Shown: piece by piece, positions 7,618 through 16,929 of the stretch | Position numbering within the stretch: position 1 is the first letter of the stretch | Layout: every line of letters starts with the position of its first letter | Assembly: GCA_964450845.1 (NCBI GenBank) | Contig: CAYVGZ010000004.1 | Location: forward strand, 1-48,816 | Direction: 5' to 3' | Length of the DNA stretch: 48,816 nucleotides | Source of the DNA: an uncultured Candidatus Bathyarchaeia archaeon | Lineage (GTDB): Archaea; Thermoproteota; Bathyarchaeia; Bathyarchaeales; Bathycorpusculaceae | The notes under the pieces: generated by a model | Databases searched by the model: none | Told to the model about the DNA's origin: nothing | The model's input: the letters and a program-made list of their open reading frames with translations, nothing else | Position numbers and translations under genes: made by a program

Positions 7618-9453
7618 TTAATGTCTCGCAAACACCGCTATGTTTCCCCTCTCTGTTACAACCTTGACTACGAAGTTTTCCGTTGGCAGACTTATATCCC
7701 CTCTAATATGTGTTGCGCTTTCCCCAGAGTTTACGAAGAAGTTTGCGTCATAACGTTTATGGTCCGTTGAGTTGACAATCCATATTGAAACTATATGAAT
7801 TGTTGTTGCACCGTTGTTCCTAAGACCAAAGCTTGCCCCATCAATAAGTGCTCTTATACCAAAGAAGTCAATATCGATTGTTGTTTGGTTAACGTCTGCT
7901 CCTTCGTCGTAAACCTTTACTAATATTGTGCCGTTGTTATGAACGTAACTTTGCCAAGAGGTGGTTAGATTTACTGCGTAGTAATCCCATCCCATTGTCG
8001 GCATGTGACCTGTTGTTGAGTTAAATCCTATGTTGCTATATTTTCCATTGGTCCAATTGTACGTTTTCATGTACCATCTTTCATATGTGTCATTGGCTCT
8101 ATATCTTAGTAATATTTCCAAAATCTTAATGTGGCTTAATGGGTAAGTAGATAGATTGATGACGAATGAACCGCTGATGTCGAATTGATACTTTCCTTGG
8201 GTTTCTTCTGAATCGACCATGCTCGCTGGTTCATTTTGGGTATATTTGCGAAGTAGGAACAGCCAAGATTTCACCGTAGCCCTTTCATTTGTGATATCTA
8301 TGTAATTGACACTGTTACCCTTTGAAATACCTAAGGTTGGAGTGAAGCTATTGAAGTTTGTTGAGTTATCGATATTGAACCTTATATCACCGTTTCTATA
8401 AAGAATGGCTTGAAACTTGATTGAATCTCCACTTGCTCCGTATCTGGTTGTTTCCCATGTGATCACGAAATTGTCTGAGTACATGTCAACGTAGGCTCCA
8501 GCATTTGTAACTATCCCTCCATTCGTATCTGTTCTTAAATCGTCCCAGAACGGAGCTATTTTCCATCTCTGCTGAAGCTCACTTAGACTATTGCTCCAAT
8601 CGTTCGTGGATGCTGTTGGATCAAATATTCCAAATCCATTAGAGCATACATACACTCTGGTCTTAAATTCTCTCCAAAATGGAAAGTTGAACGTGATGTC
8701 TTGCCATGAACCAGCATCGTCACCGTTAGCCACGTCTGTAGTTGAAATTCTTGTTTTCCATTCATATGGAACATTGATTTTGGTGTAAGTGGCTTCGAGA
8801 ACATCGTTTATATCGCTCACACTTGTGGCTCCGGGATTTCCATAATACATGTAAATGGTCATTGTTGAACTTGCAGGTATGAAGGGAACTTTAGTCCATA
8901 CATTTGTATTTGAAGAATTAATACCCGATTCGATCCAATAGTTTATCAAGGTAACACCATCTGAATCGGTGAATCTTATGTCGCCGCAATCTGAACGCAT
9001 TTTTCCAGCGGTGATTAGTGAAGCCGTGTCTGTAACCACTAAAACTTGAAAATCTGTGAGAGAATTCGAGTTTTGGGTGTTATTAATGACAATTGGTTTC
9101 CGATAAATCCATGAAGCATTGTACCACCCTCCTGGAGCTTCTCTGAATTCTTCATGTTGTTCATCGGTAGCTTGTGTATCTACGTAAGTACCATTAACCC
9201 AGTTACCAGTGTTTATCTGGTATTCTTCTCGGACAACAAACCATGAGGAATGTGTTTCACGTGCCACATTGGTGATTTCGATTTTTTCCTGCATTCTTTC
9301 CCAGTCAAGTTGGTTCATTTGGTAACTCCAGAGTATGACATTTGCTGATATAACGACGAGAATGACTAGGCTAAGCATAACGACTATTACGTTGCTTAAG
9401 CCACGTTTTGCATGTTTAAAGCGTTTAAGGTGCTTTGTAATAGTCTGCAACAT
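7618..9453 (-). CDS. Giant type IV pilin/adhesin with DUF2341-like and NIDO-like inserts
   Basis: Class III signal peptide KRG|LS followed by a hydrophobic helix; DUF2341-like WIYRKPI...GDIRF...YMYYGNP; NIDO-like GDD...FNFPFW...VCSNG...IAPFWDDL; C-terminal pilin motif KVVTERGN. The ORF is open to 9483; the ATG at 9453 has a GGGGG upstream. Confidence 0.8.
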   Translation of the reverse strand: MLQTITKHLKRFKHAKRGLSNVIVVMLSLVILVVISANVILWSYQMNQLDWERMQEKIEITNVARETHSSWFVVREEYQINTGNWVNGTYVDTQATDEQHEEFREAPGGWYNASWIYRKPIVINNTQNSNSLTDFQVLVVTDTASLITAGKMRSDCGDIRFTDSDGVTLINYWIESGINSSNTNVWTKVPFIPASSTMTIYMYYGNPGATSVSDINDVLEATYTKINVPYEWKTRISTTDVANGDDAGSWQDITFNFPFWREFKTRVYVCSNGFGIFDPTASTNDWSNSLSELQQRWKIAPFWDDLRTDTNGGIVTNAGAYVDMYSDNFVITWETTRYGASGDSIKFQAILYRNGDIRFNIDNSTNFNSFTPTLGISKGNSVNYIDITNERATVKSWLFLLRKYTQNEPASMVDSEETQGKYQFDISGSFVINLSTYPLSHIKILEILLRYRANDTYERWYMKTYNWTNGKYSNIGFNSTTGHMPTMGWDYYAVNLTTSWQSYVHNNGTILVKVYDEGADVNQTTIDIDFFGIRALIDGASFGLRNNGATTIHIVSIWIVNSTDHKRYDANFFVNSGESATHIRGDISLPTENFVVKVVTERGNIAVFARH

Positions 9454-9844
9454 TATACCCCCTTTGTGTAACGATTTCCACATAGTATACGTTTCCAGAA
9501 GCCCAACTGCATGAAATGTTAAGCCAGCCGTGCTCGCTTATTTCCAAAGTGAAAGGAGTTGGGACGAAAGAATACTTAGTGTGGTTGACATATACTGTTG
9601 AAACCTGAACGGACGTTTTTCCGACATTAAGGATGTGAATTGAAATGTAACCTGAAGGATTAAACCATAAATCCTCGGCTATTAGGCGTTCTCCCATGGT
9701 CTCTTTTAGATTAGTTGTGATGACGTAAGTTGCTGTTGTGGCAATTGCCATAGCAGCTACAGCCACAACCATAAGCAAAAGATTGCTTAACACCGGAGTT
9801 ATAGCCCGTGTATCGTGGAAGAATTTCCTAAACTTTCTCGGCAT
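9425..9844 (-). CDS. Archaeal type IV pilin
   Basis: Class III signal peptide TRA|ITPVLSNLLLMVVAVAAM; pilin globular motifs LNVG...VYVN...EIVTQRG. Confidence 0.85.
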   Translation of the reverse strand: MPRKFRKFFHDTRAITPVLSNLLLMVVAVAAMAIATTATYVITTNLKETMGERLIAEDLWFNPSGYISIHILNVGKTSVQVSTVYVNHTKYSFVPTPFTLEISEHGWLNISCSWASGNVYYVEIVTQRGYNVADYYKAP

Positions 9845-9853
9845 TTTTTCTCC

Positions 9854-10669
9854 TCACAAGAAAAGTTTTAGGGCTGTGTAGCCGCAGAGCATCATAATTA
9901 GGCTGTGTTTCAGTCCAGCGTTTATTGTTCCCTCTCCCATTTTGCCAGCGACTAATCCTCCGAAGAAGGCTTGGATAGCTGTCATGTGGAAAAATATTTG
10001 TTGCATTTCTGCAGGTGACATTGCTGCGGTTCCAAGTATTGGTAAGCCTTCTAAGCTTTGAAAGAATGATTTGAAAAGCAGTATAATCGTGAACAAAAAC
10101 ACGAAAAAGGCTACGTAAATTATTGCAACGTATGGTCTTGTTTGGTTTCGTCTTTCTTTATCAAGCAGAAGTGTTGTCTGTATAAACTTACCCATCGGGT
10201 CAAAAACCTTTTCCAAGCGTCCTCCGGAGCGGCTTGCTTCAATTATTAGCGGTACAGTTCTCTGCATTAGCACGGTGTTTACGCGATTTCCCAAAGCAAT
10301 GAGTGCCCCTTCAAAGGTCATACCCCATGAAATTTGCGTTGTCATCTTTCTTAATTCACCTGTTAGTGGACCGTAATTTCTTTTGGATGCTTCTTCCAAA
10401 GCTTGGGGAAGAGTCATGCCAGTCTCTTGGGCTTGAACTATGCTTCTGAAAAGGTCTGGCAAGTGTTCGTCTATTGCTTTTCTCCATTTATAATCGATGT
10501 AGTTTAAGACTGCTGGAGGAAAAACAGCAATTATAATTGCGAAAAAGACAAACTCGTCAAATGTGGTAGTTCCCCAAAACATCGCATAAGCAAATAAAAT
10601 CATAGCCACGGCTGCCGAAACCGAGGCAATCCACACGATTTTTTTCGCATATCCTCCTATTTTCGGCAT
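9854..10669 (-). CDS. Type IV pilus platform protein (TadC/T2SSF family)
   Basis: IDEHLPDLFRSI...GMTLPQAL...ASRSGG, with TM helices. Confidence 0.88.
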   Translation of the reverse strand: MPKIGGYAKKIVWIASVSAAVAMILFAYAMFWGTTTFDEFVFFAIIIAVFPPAVLNYIDYKWRKAIDEHLPDLFRSIVQAQETGMTLPQALEEASKRNYGPLTGELRKMTTQISWGMTFEGALIALGNRVNTVLMQRTVPLIIEASRSGGRLEKVFDPMGKFIQTTLLLDKERRNQTRPYVAIIYVAFFVFLFTIILLFKSFFQSLEGLPILGTAAMSPAEMQQIFFHMTAIQAFFGGLVAGKMGEGTINAGLKHSLIMMLCGYTALKLFL

Positions 10670-10675
10670 TTTTCA

Positions 10676-11683
10676 TTACCACTTAGGTGAAACAGCATCC
10701 AAAATTATCAGAAACATTATCGAGCCCAACGGTATTCCAAGATAGGTAAGCAAGCCGAGTAAGAGGTCTGGGCTAAGTATCCCCAAACCGCCTCCACCCA
10801 GCATTGCCATGACCGCAAGCATGATGATAAGCAGCAGAGGACCAGTGATAAGCAAAGCAACATAAAATTCTGAAAAGATTGATAAAGTATCTGAAAACTT
10901 GCGCAAGTTTATCCTCTTCAGTTTCATGTATTGTCTGGATTTTTCGCGGAGATAAGCAGGTAAATTGCCACCTAAATGTATCGTCGAAATAAATCCTTCC
11001 AGCATTTCGCGAAATCGTTCAGAAGGAGTTCGCTTCGATGTTTGTTCCAAAGCGGAAATTATGTCTAAACCGAAAAGGTTCACGTCTCTAACAACATCTT
11101 TAGCCTGTGCTGAAACGGTTAAGGGCACGCTGAGATTTGAGAGCGAGTAGAAAATTTTTTCTGGAGAAACGCCGGCACTTGTAAGAATTGCCATATAACC
11201 AGTTATGAAAGGCAACTCGTTCTCTAACTCTCTTCTAAGCTTATCTGCACGATAAATTGGGTAGGCATAAAATCCAATGAGTGAGAACGCACTTGTGAAT
11301 AGACTTCCTCCAACACCAAACAAGATTGCTGGCAAAAGCGGCACATTAAGAGTGAAAATTAGTACACATGGAATAATGGCGAGCGCAACAAGTGAAGCTA
11401 GAATTGTGGCAAAAACTGTTAAGCTAACGTAAGCCTTGAAGGTGACTTTTAACCCTGCCCTCTGTAAGTTTGAGTCTAAATCTATGAAAAGTGGCAAGAC
11501 ACGTTCTGTCTTCTCTCCAATAAGCTGATAAGCCAAGGAATGCGGTTTTTTAGAGGCAAATTTAATGGTTTCTTGTGATATTTCTGATTTAGGACTTGAA
11601 AATCTTCTAGGAGACCACTTAACTAATGCCCTGAGATGATGATAGAGTCTTTTGACTTTTTCAAAGGCTTTGCTGTTTTTCAT
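10676..11683 (-). CDS. Type IV pilus platform protein (TadC/T2SSF family)
   Basis: LENELPFITGYMAILTSAG...GLDIISAL...TPS..F.EML.G, with TM helices. Confidence 0.88.
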   Translation of the reverse strand: MKNSKAFEKVKRLYHHLRALVKWSPRRFSSPKSEISQETIKFASKKPHSLAYQLIGEKTERVLPLFIDLDSNLQRAGLKVTFKAYVSLTVFATILASLVALAIIPCVLIFTLNVPLLPAILFGVGGSLFTSAFSLIGFYAYPIYRADKLRRELENELPFITGYMAILTSAGVSPEKIFYSLSNLSVPLTVSAQAKDVVRDVNLFGLDIISALEQTSKRTPSERFREMLEGFISTIHLGGNLPAYLREKSRQYMKLKRINLRKFSDTLSIFSEFYVALLITGPLLLIIMLAVMAMLGGGGLGILSPDLLLGLLTYLGIPLGSIMFLIILDAVSPKW

Positions 11684-13242
11684 TTCAGTCCCACTCTGGC
11701 TTTTTGGAAAACCCTGTTCGGGTCAATGTAGTATTCTCGAATCACGTTTGCGACATCCGTATAGCGTCGAATGCCTTCCCGTACCATCCATTCTAAGACA
11801 ATCTTTCTACGGTGTAGTTCGTTGCTCATTTCTTCTTCATTGATATCCAGTTTCTTCATTTGTCTCTCCAAAATCGTGCTGTGTCCAGAAAAGGCAAACC
11901 CGTCTTCTTTGGGGTTCCAACAGAAGACTTCTTCGGTTAGTATATTCTTTTTCTTTGGATTGAGTTCTACAACTTCTGTTGTTGTGCTGGTTCTTCTTGC
12001 TGGTTTTCCTTCGATTTCTGTTCTCGTCATAACCATTATCACATTTGTCATTGCTATGAGAGATTTGGGAATGTTCATAGGTTCTGATTCGAGACGGTTT
12101 ATTACGGCTTCAACAGACTCTGCATGTATTGTGCTTAATCCAAGGTGGCCTGTTGCCATAGCTTGAAATAATGTATAGGCTTCTTCTCCACGGACTTCGC
12201 CAACAATAATGTAGTCGGGTCTCTGTCTGACTGCAGCCTTCAACAAGTCAAATAGGGTTATTGTGCCGCCTCTTTTGCCTTCGTTTCCAAAACCTAGTCT
12301 CACAACTGAAGGTATCCAGTTTTCGTGTGGAAGGTTGAGCTCCTGCGTGTCTTCTACACTTACTATTTTCATTTCCGGCTTTATGAACATTGATAGACAG
12401 TTTAACATCGTTGTTTTTCCAGAAGCCACGCCACCAGCTACTACGACTGAGGCTCTGCTTTCTATGATATACCATAGGTAAGCAGCCATTTCCGAGGAAA
12501 TTGTGTTAAAGGCAATTAAATCTGAAATGGTTAACGGGTCAACTCTGAAGCGTCGAATGGTGAACGTTGAGCCTCTTCTTGTAACTTCATTTCCATAAGT
12601 TAATTGTATTCGGCTGCCGTCTGGAAGTGATGCGTCTAAAATCGGGGATGCTATGGAAATGTTTTTTTCCGCTAAATATGCAAGTCGGATTATGAACGAG
12701 TTTAGTTCTGTTTCATCCTTAAACATTATATTTGTTGGTAACGATTCATAAAGCCTATGCCAAACATAGATTGGTATGTTTACACCATCTGCAGATATGT
12801 CTTCGATCAAATGATCTTTCATTAAAGGGTCTATTTTCCCGTAACCTATAAAATCTCTTATTATGTAATATGTGAGTTTGTCAATAGATTCAGGTGGAAC
12901 TTTTATGCGGTATTTTCTAATTATTTCCTTTGTTTTTTCTCTTAGATAGGTTTCTGCCTTTTCCTTAGTCTCTATGTCTTTTAGGTTTACGTCAACCTCT
13001 TCCATTAAGAAAGTTTTTATTTCCTGCAGTCGCATTTCTTCTTCTTTTTGAAGCGTGGGCTCTATTACTTCGTACAATGTTTTTTGGGTTTCAGGGTCTT
13101 TAACTATTGCTGCGTAAACATAGGGCTCTTTTATGGGATAAACTTCTCTAAAAGCGGTTGGTTTTTTCCCTTCCTCCTTTATTATTACACCTACCTCAGT
13201 TTGTTCTGTGGTTTTAGAGGGTTTTCGCATTGGTTTCTTCAC
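11680..13242 (-). CDS. Type IV pilus assembly ATPase (VirB11/FlaI-like)
   Basis: Walker A GGVASGKTT, VEDTQEL, RQRPDYIIVGEVRG, ATGH, TIHA. Confidence 0.95.
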   Translation of the reverse strand: MKKPMRKPSKTTEQTEVGVIIKEEGKKPTAFREVYPIKEPYVYAAIVKDPETQKTLYEVIEPTLQKEEEMRLQEIKTFLMEEVDVNLKDIETKEKAETYLREKTKEIIRKYRIKVPPESIDKLTYYIIRDFIGYGKIDPLMKDHLIEDISADGVNIPIYVWHRLYESLPTNIMFKDETELNSFIIRLAYLAEKNISIASPILDASLPDGSRIQLTYGNEVTRRGSTFTIRRFRVDPLTISDLIAFNTISSEMAAYLWYIIESRASVVVAGGVASGKTTMLNCLSMFIKPEMKIVSVEDTQELNLPHENWIPSVVRLGFGNEGKRGGTITLFDLLKAAVRQRPDYIIVGEVRGEEAYTLFQAMATGHLGLSTIHAESVEAVINRLESEPMNIPKSLIAMTNVIMVMTRTEIEGKPARRTSTTTEVVELNPKKKNILTEEVFCWNPKEDGFAFSGHSTILERQMKKLDINEEEMSNELHRRKIVLEWMVREGIRRYTDVANVIREYYIDPNRVFQKARVGLK

Positions 13243-13398
13243 CGTTGGTAATGTTCCCTTTGTTTAGAGTGTATCATGCTTTTACAAAAGTATAATGTGT
13301 CGTGAGTCTTAATAAGTTATATGCATGCCTAATCTTTAGCATGCTTAACAGTAATCAACTTTAATAGAACAGAAAACAAATTCTCTTATGGGTTTAAT

Positions 13399-13650
13399 TT
13401 GAGCGCAACTGATGCTGAACATGGCCAAAAACATAAACCTCCTAAATCTAAGCGCAAAGCTGGAAAACAATGTGTGAAGTTTTGTCCAAAATGCGGTGCA
13501 GCCAATGTTTTTTGGGCTTCTGGTCTACCGCAACTATGGTCTATTTGGGAATGTAGGAATTGTGGATACCGCGGCGCGTTCATCCTCGAAGATGGCGAAC
13601 TAGCCCAAAAACTCAGAGAAAAATATGCAAGAAAAAATGTTAAAAAATAG
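13399..13650 (+). CDS. Small Zn-ribbon protein
   Basis: KFCPKCG...WECRNCGY with a basic tail; the start position is uncertain. Confidence 0.7.
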   Translation: MSATDAEHGQKHKPPKSKRKAGKQCVKFCPKCGAANVFWASGLPQLWSIWECRNCGYRGAFILEDGELAQKLREKYARKNVKK

Positions 13651-13652
13651 GC

Positions 13653-13739
13653 TCACTTGTACCTTGCCCGTCTTTTCTGCCGTTTCTTCTTTTGTCGACG
13701 CATTCTTTTCTTTTTCCATTTAGCGCGTATACCTTGCAC
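13653..13739 (-). CDS. rpl41e: Ribosomal protein eL41-like micro-ORF (28 aa; absent from the ORF track)
   Basis: GTG start at 13739 preceded by GGAG; reads MQGIRAKWKKKRMRRQKKKRQKRRARYK*, very close to eukaryotic eL41 [25 protein letters not shown]. Confidence 0.8.
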   Translation of the reverse strand: MQGIRAKWKKKRMRRQKKKRQKRRARYK

Positions 13740-13755
13740 GCTCCGTTTTCCTATG

Positions 13756-14355
13756 CTATTCTATTGTTGCGTGTCTACGCTTTAAATCCTCTTCAGTTCG
13801 GCCTAAGCGATGCATCAATTCCACTACCAAACTGTCCAAAAACACCATGCAATTGTTTTCGAAAACGCTTCCAAGCGGTGTTAAGGGTTCACGTTCGCCA
13901 ACAAGTTGTCTAGCCAAGTAATCTTCTTCTTTTGGCCAACCTGTTTTTGTTCTTCCTTTGACTGTTACGGTGTGGTCAGCCATCTGGCCTAAGGGTGATT
14001 CTGAAAACGATGTGAAGGCAATGACTGTTGCACCGATTTCTTTGGCGGCTGCACTTGCGGTTAAAACCATTTTCGTGGTGCCTGTACCTGAAATGGCGAT
14101 TAGTATGTCTCCTTTTTCTGCAGCTGGCGTGATGGTTTCGCCTAAGAAATAGACGTTGAAACCTAGGTTCATTAAGCGTAAGGCGAAGGCTCTGGCAACG
14201 AATCCGCTTCTTCCCATGCCTACGATAAAGATTTTTTTGTCTTTGGCCTCAAGTAGAAGCTTGATCAACCGTTCAACTTCTTTCATGTTAAGGTTTTCGA
14301 TGGAGCTCTTGATGCCTGCAATGATTTCTTCTGCTGCCACTTTTAGCCATTTCAA
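13756..14355 (-). CDS. hxlB: 6-phospho-3-hexuloisomerase (SIS domain)
   Basis: GMGRSGFVARAFALRLMNLG, GETITP, SGTGTT, PLGSVFE, RRHATIE. Confidence 0.9.
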   Translation of the reverse strand: MKWLKVAAEEIIAGIKSSIENLNMKEVERLIKLLLEAKDKKIFIVGMGRSGFVARAFALRLMNLGFNVYFLGETITPAAEKGDILIAISGTGTTKMVLTASAAAKEIGATVIAFTSFSESPLGQMADHTVTVKGRTKTGWPKEEDYLARQLVGEREPLTPLGSVFENNCMVFLDSLVVELMHRLGRTEEDLKRRHATIE

Positions 14356-14412
14356 ATTTTTTCAAGCTCCGAGAATCCATTACACATTTGCCTGTATTAA
14401 AAGCCTTGCGGT

Positions 14413-15201
14413 TTAGAAAAAGCCTCTTAAGAGTTCATTAAATGATGGAATCGCAACATATAGGCGAACATAAATTGCGATTGCCAAAGTTCCAGCACTT
14501 ATAAGTATTAGAAGGAGGTCGCTTCGGTGCATTTTTAGCACGTACAGGTTTGTGCGTTTTTTGGTTGCTCCCCACGCACGGGATTCCATTGCTTCAGCCA
14601 ATTCGAGGCTTCTGCGAATTGCGCCTACGATTAGAGGTATAAGAATCGGAATATAGTTTCTGATCCTTTTCAGAAAGTTTCCTCGTTCAAGCTCTAAACC
14701 CCTGGCTTTTTGGGCGTCCATGATTGTCTGGGCTTCTTCAGCTAAAACTGGAACAAAACGCACGGCGGTTGTGAACGCAAAACAGAACTCGTATGGTATG
14801 TGTGTCTGCTCCAGGGCTAAGCCTAAATGATCTGGCGAAGTTGTCAAGAAGAAAATGGAGAAAGATTCAACGAGCACTATAAAACGCAGGGTCATAGCTG
14901 CAGCGTTTTCTAGGCTTGCTGCTGCTCCACGCCCTCCAATGAATGCGAAAATAAAGTTTGTCAAGAAAATTATTGTAGCCAAGAAGGCTGCCCCACGCAT
15001 TGAACGGAGCCACTCACGTTTAATGCCAGCCAAGAGAACAAATGGAACCTGCATGAAGAACAGCATCATTAATGGTAAAAGTTCGCCAAAAATTATTGCG
15101 ACCGCAAAAATTGCGCAAACATAAATGAATTTTATTCTTGGGTCTAAGTTGTGAATGGGCGAGTAAACCTTTCGAAACTTGAGTCCATCAAAAACGCTCA
15201 T
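14413..15201 (-). CDS. ecfT: ECF transporter transmembrane component
   Basis: LDPRIK, RFVP...AQKARG, AEAMESRA (two X-R-X motifs). Confidence 0.93.
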   Translation of the reverse strand: MSVFDGLKFRKVYSPIHNLDPRIKFIYVCAIFAVAIIFGELLPLMMLFFMQVPFVLLAGIKREWLRSMRGAAFLATIIFLTNFIFAFIGGRGAAASLENAAAMTLRFIVLVESFSIFFLTTSPDHLGLALEQTHIPYEFCFAFTTAVRFVPVLAEEAQTIMDAQKARGLELERGNFLKRIRNYIPILIPLIVGAIRRSLELAEAMESRAWGATKKRTNLYVLKMHRSDLLLILISAGTLAIAIYVRLYVAIPSFNELLRGFF

Positions 15202-16022
15202 GGAGCTTTTTTCTCCAAAATTTTGAGCAAGATTTCCTGCGCTTCGTAAATGTCGATTACGTTTTTGGGGAGTTCTAGATTGGGAAGTTGTAGGAAAATT
15301 TGGGCTATTTGTGGTGGGACGATAGATGCTTGAGTTAAGATTTCCGGGTTTGTGAGGACTTTTCTTGCCTCGCCGTCAGCTACGATTTTTCCGTCAAGCA
15401 TTAATAGAACTCTTGGGTTGCATTCAGCTACAAACTCGACGTCGTGTGTGACGATGATTATCGTTTTTCTCTGAGCTTTCATTTGCAAAATGAATTGTCT
15501 AAGCTTCTCTTTCTGTTGATAGTCTTGTCCTATTGTCGGCTCATCTAGTATCAGTATTTTCGGGTTCCAAGCCAGGATTGAAGCCAGGGCTACTCTTTTT
15601 CTTTCGCCGCCGCTTAGCATAAAAGGTGAGGTTTTTCTATACTGTGTTAAGCCTAAAAGGTTTAGAGCCCATGTTACTCGTCTTTTTGTAATGTTTTCTT
15701 TGAACCCGAAATTCTTTAATGCGAAGGCTATTTCATCTTCGACTGTTTCGCTGAAAAGCTGATGGTCTGGATTTTGAAAGACAAAGCCTACGTTTCTGGC
15801 TAGGGTTGCAATGCTGACTTTTTTTGTGTCGACTTCGTCAATAAGCACTTTTCCTTTGGTTGACTTCAGTAGTCCATTGAAGTGTTTGACCAGGGTTGTT
15901 TTTCCAGCGCCATTTTGTCCCATTATAGCTACGAATTCGCCATTTCGGATGGTTAGAGATATGCCCTTTAGTGCTTGTACACCGTTTGGATAGGTGAAGT
16001 AAATGTCTTGAGCTTCGATCAT
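15198..16022 (-). CDS. ecfA2: ECF transporter ATPase
   Basis: GQNGAGKTT, FQNPDHQ, LSGGE, LDEPT. Confidence 0.93.
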   Translation of the reverse strand: MIEAQDIYFTYPNGVQALKGISLTIRNGEFVAIMGQNGAGKTTLVKHFNGLLKSTKGKVLIDEVDTKKVSIATLARNVGFVFQNPDHQLFSETVEDEIAFALKNFGFKENITKRRVTWALNLLGLTQYRKTSPFMLSGGERKRVALASILAWNPKILILDEPTIGQDYQQKEKLRQFILQMKAQRKTIIIVTHDVEFVAECNPRVLLMLDGKIVADGEARKVLTNPEILTQASIVPPQIAQIFLQLPNLELPKNVIDIYEAQEILLKILEKKAP

Positions 16023-16870
16023 TAGGGTTTAAGAGCCTCCCTTAGCAAGGCTGCCATCTCTTCTGAAGACAGAGGAATGGTGTTGCCAAGTTTTACTCCG
16101 TCTTTTTGAAGTACGTGATAAAGATGTGTTGCCTTCGGAATTCCAACCCCAATTAAGCGGGCTTCTTCAGAGCTTAAGATTTTCCGGGGCTCACCGTCTA
16201 GAGCAACCTTTCCATCATCCAATATAATTAGGTGGTTGGCATATCTTGCTGTCAAATCCAGCCTGTGCTCAACGAGTAAAACGGTTATTCCGAGTGTTCT
16301 GTTTAGTTCGTAGATTACTTCGAATATTTTTTTTGCGCCTAGCGGGTCTAGGAAAGAAGTTGGCTCATCTAATACTATTACTTCTGGCTGCATGGCTAAG
16401 ACAGATGCTATTGCAGCGCGTTGTTGCTGGCCGCCTGAAAGTTCGTGAGGTGCTCTCTCCCTTAAGTCATATATGCCTGCAAGATTCAGCGCCCAATCCG
16501 CCCTTTTAAGCATCTCTTCCCTTGGGACTCCAAGGTTTTCAAGTCCAAAAGCCACGTCTTTCTCAACAGATAAGGCGAAAAGCTGGTTTTCTGGGTTTTG
16601 GAAGACAAGCCCCACATGTTTTGCTAGTTCATGAATCGGATTTTCAGCAACGTTAAGTCCTGAAACAGTTATTTCGCCTTTCAATTCGCCTTGATAGAAG
16701 TGTGGAATTAATCCGTTGAAGCATCGGCAGAGGGTTGTTTTTCCGCATCCACTTGGGCCAGTGATGAGTGTGAATTCGCCTTTTTCTACTTTTATGGAAA
16801 CATCTTTAATTGATGGTTTTGTTCCGCCTGGATATGTGTATGTAAGGTTTTTTGTTTCGATTATTGCCAT
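16022..16870 (-). CDS. ecfA1: ECF transporter ATPase
   Basis: GPSGCGKTT, FQNPENQ, LSGGQQQR, LDEPT. Confidence 0.93.
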   Translation of the reverse strand: MAIIETKNLTYTYPGGTKPSIKDVSIKVEKGEFTLITGPSGCGKTTLCRCFNGLIPHFYQGELKGEITVSGLNVAENPIHELAKHVGLVFQNPENQLFALSVEKDVAFGLENLGVPREEMLKRADWALNLAGIYDLRERAPHELSGGQQQRAAIASVLAMQPEVIVLDEPTSFLDPLGAKKIFEVIYELNRTLGITVLLVEHRLDLTARYANHLIILDDGKVALDGEPRKILSSEEARLIGVGIPKATHLYHVLQKDGVKLGNTIPLSSEEMAALLREALKP

Positions 16871-16929
16871 TCTGACGTTGCCTGCCCATTTTTAAGCGGG
16901 TTATTGTCTCATTTAAGAGTAGCTACTTA

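Noticed and set aside
7618-13242. Archaellum (flagellum) operon
   Set aside because: No archaellin signature and no FlaH, FlaF or FlaG; two TadC-like genes and pilin-type proteins fit a pilus better.
13692-13913. 73-aa plus-strand ORF
   Set aside because: It is antisense to hxlB and the eL41-like ORF.
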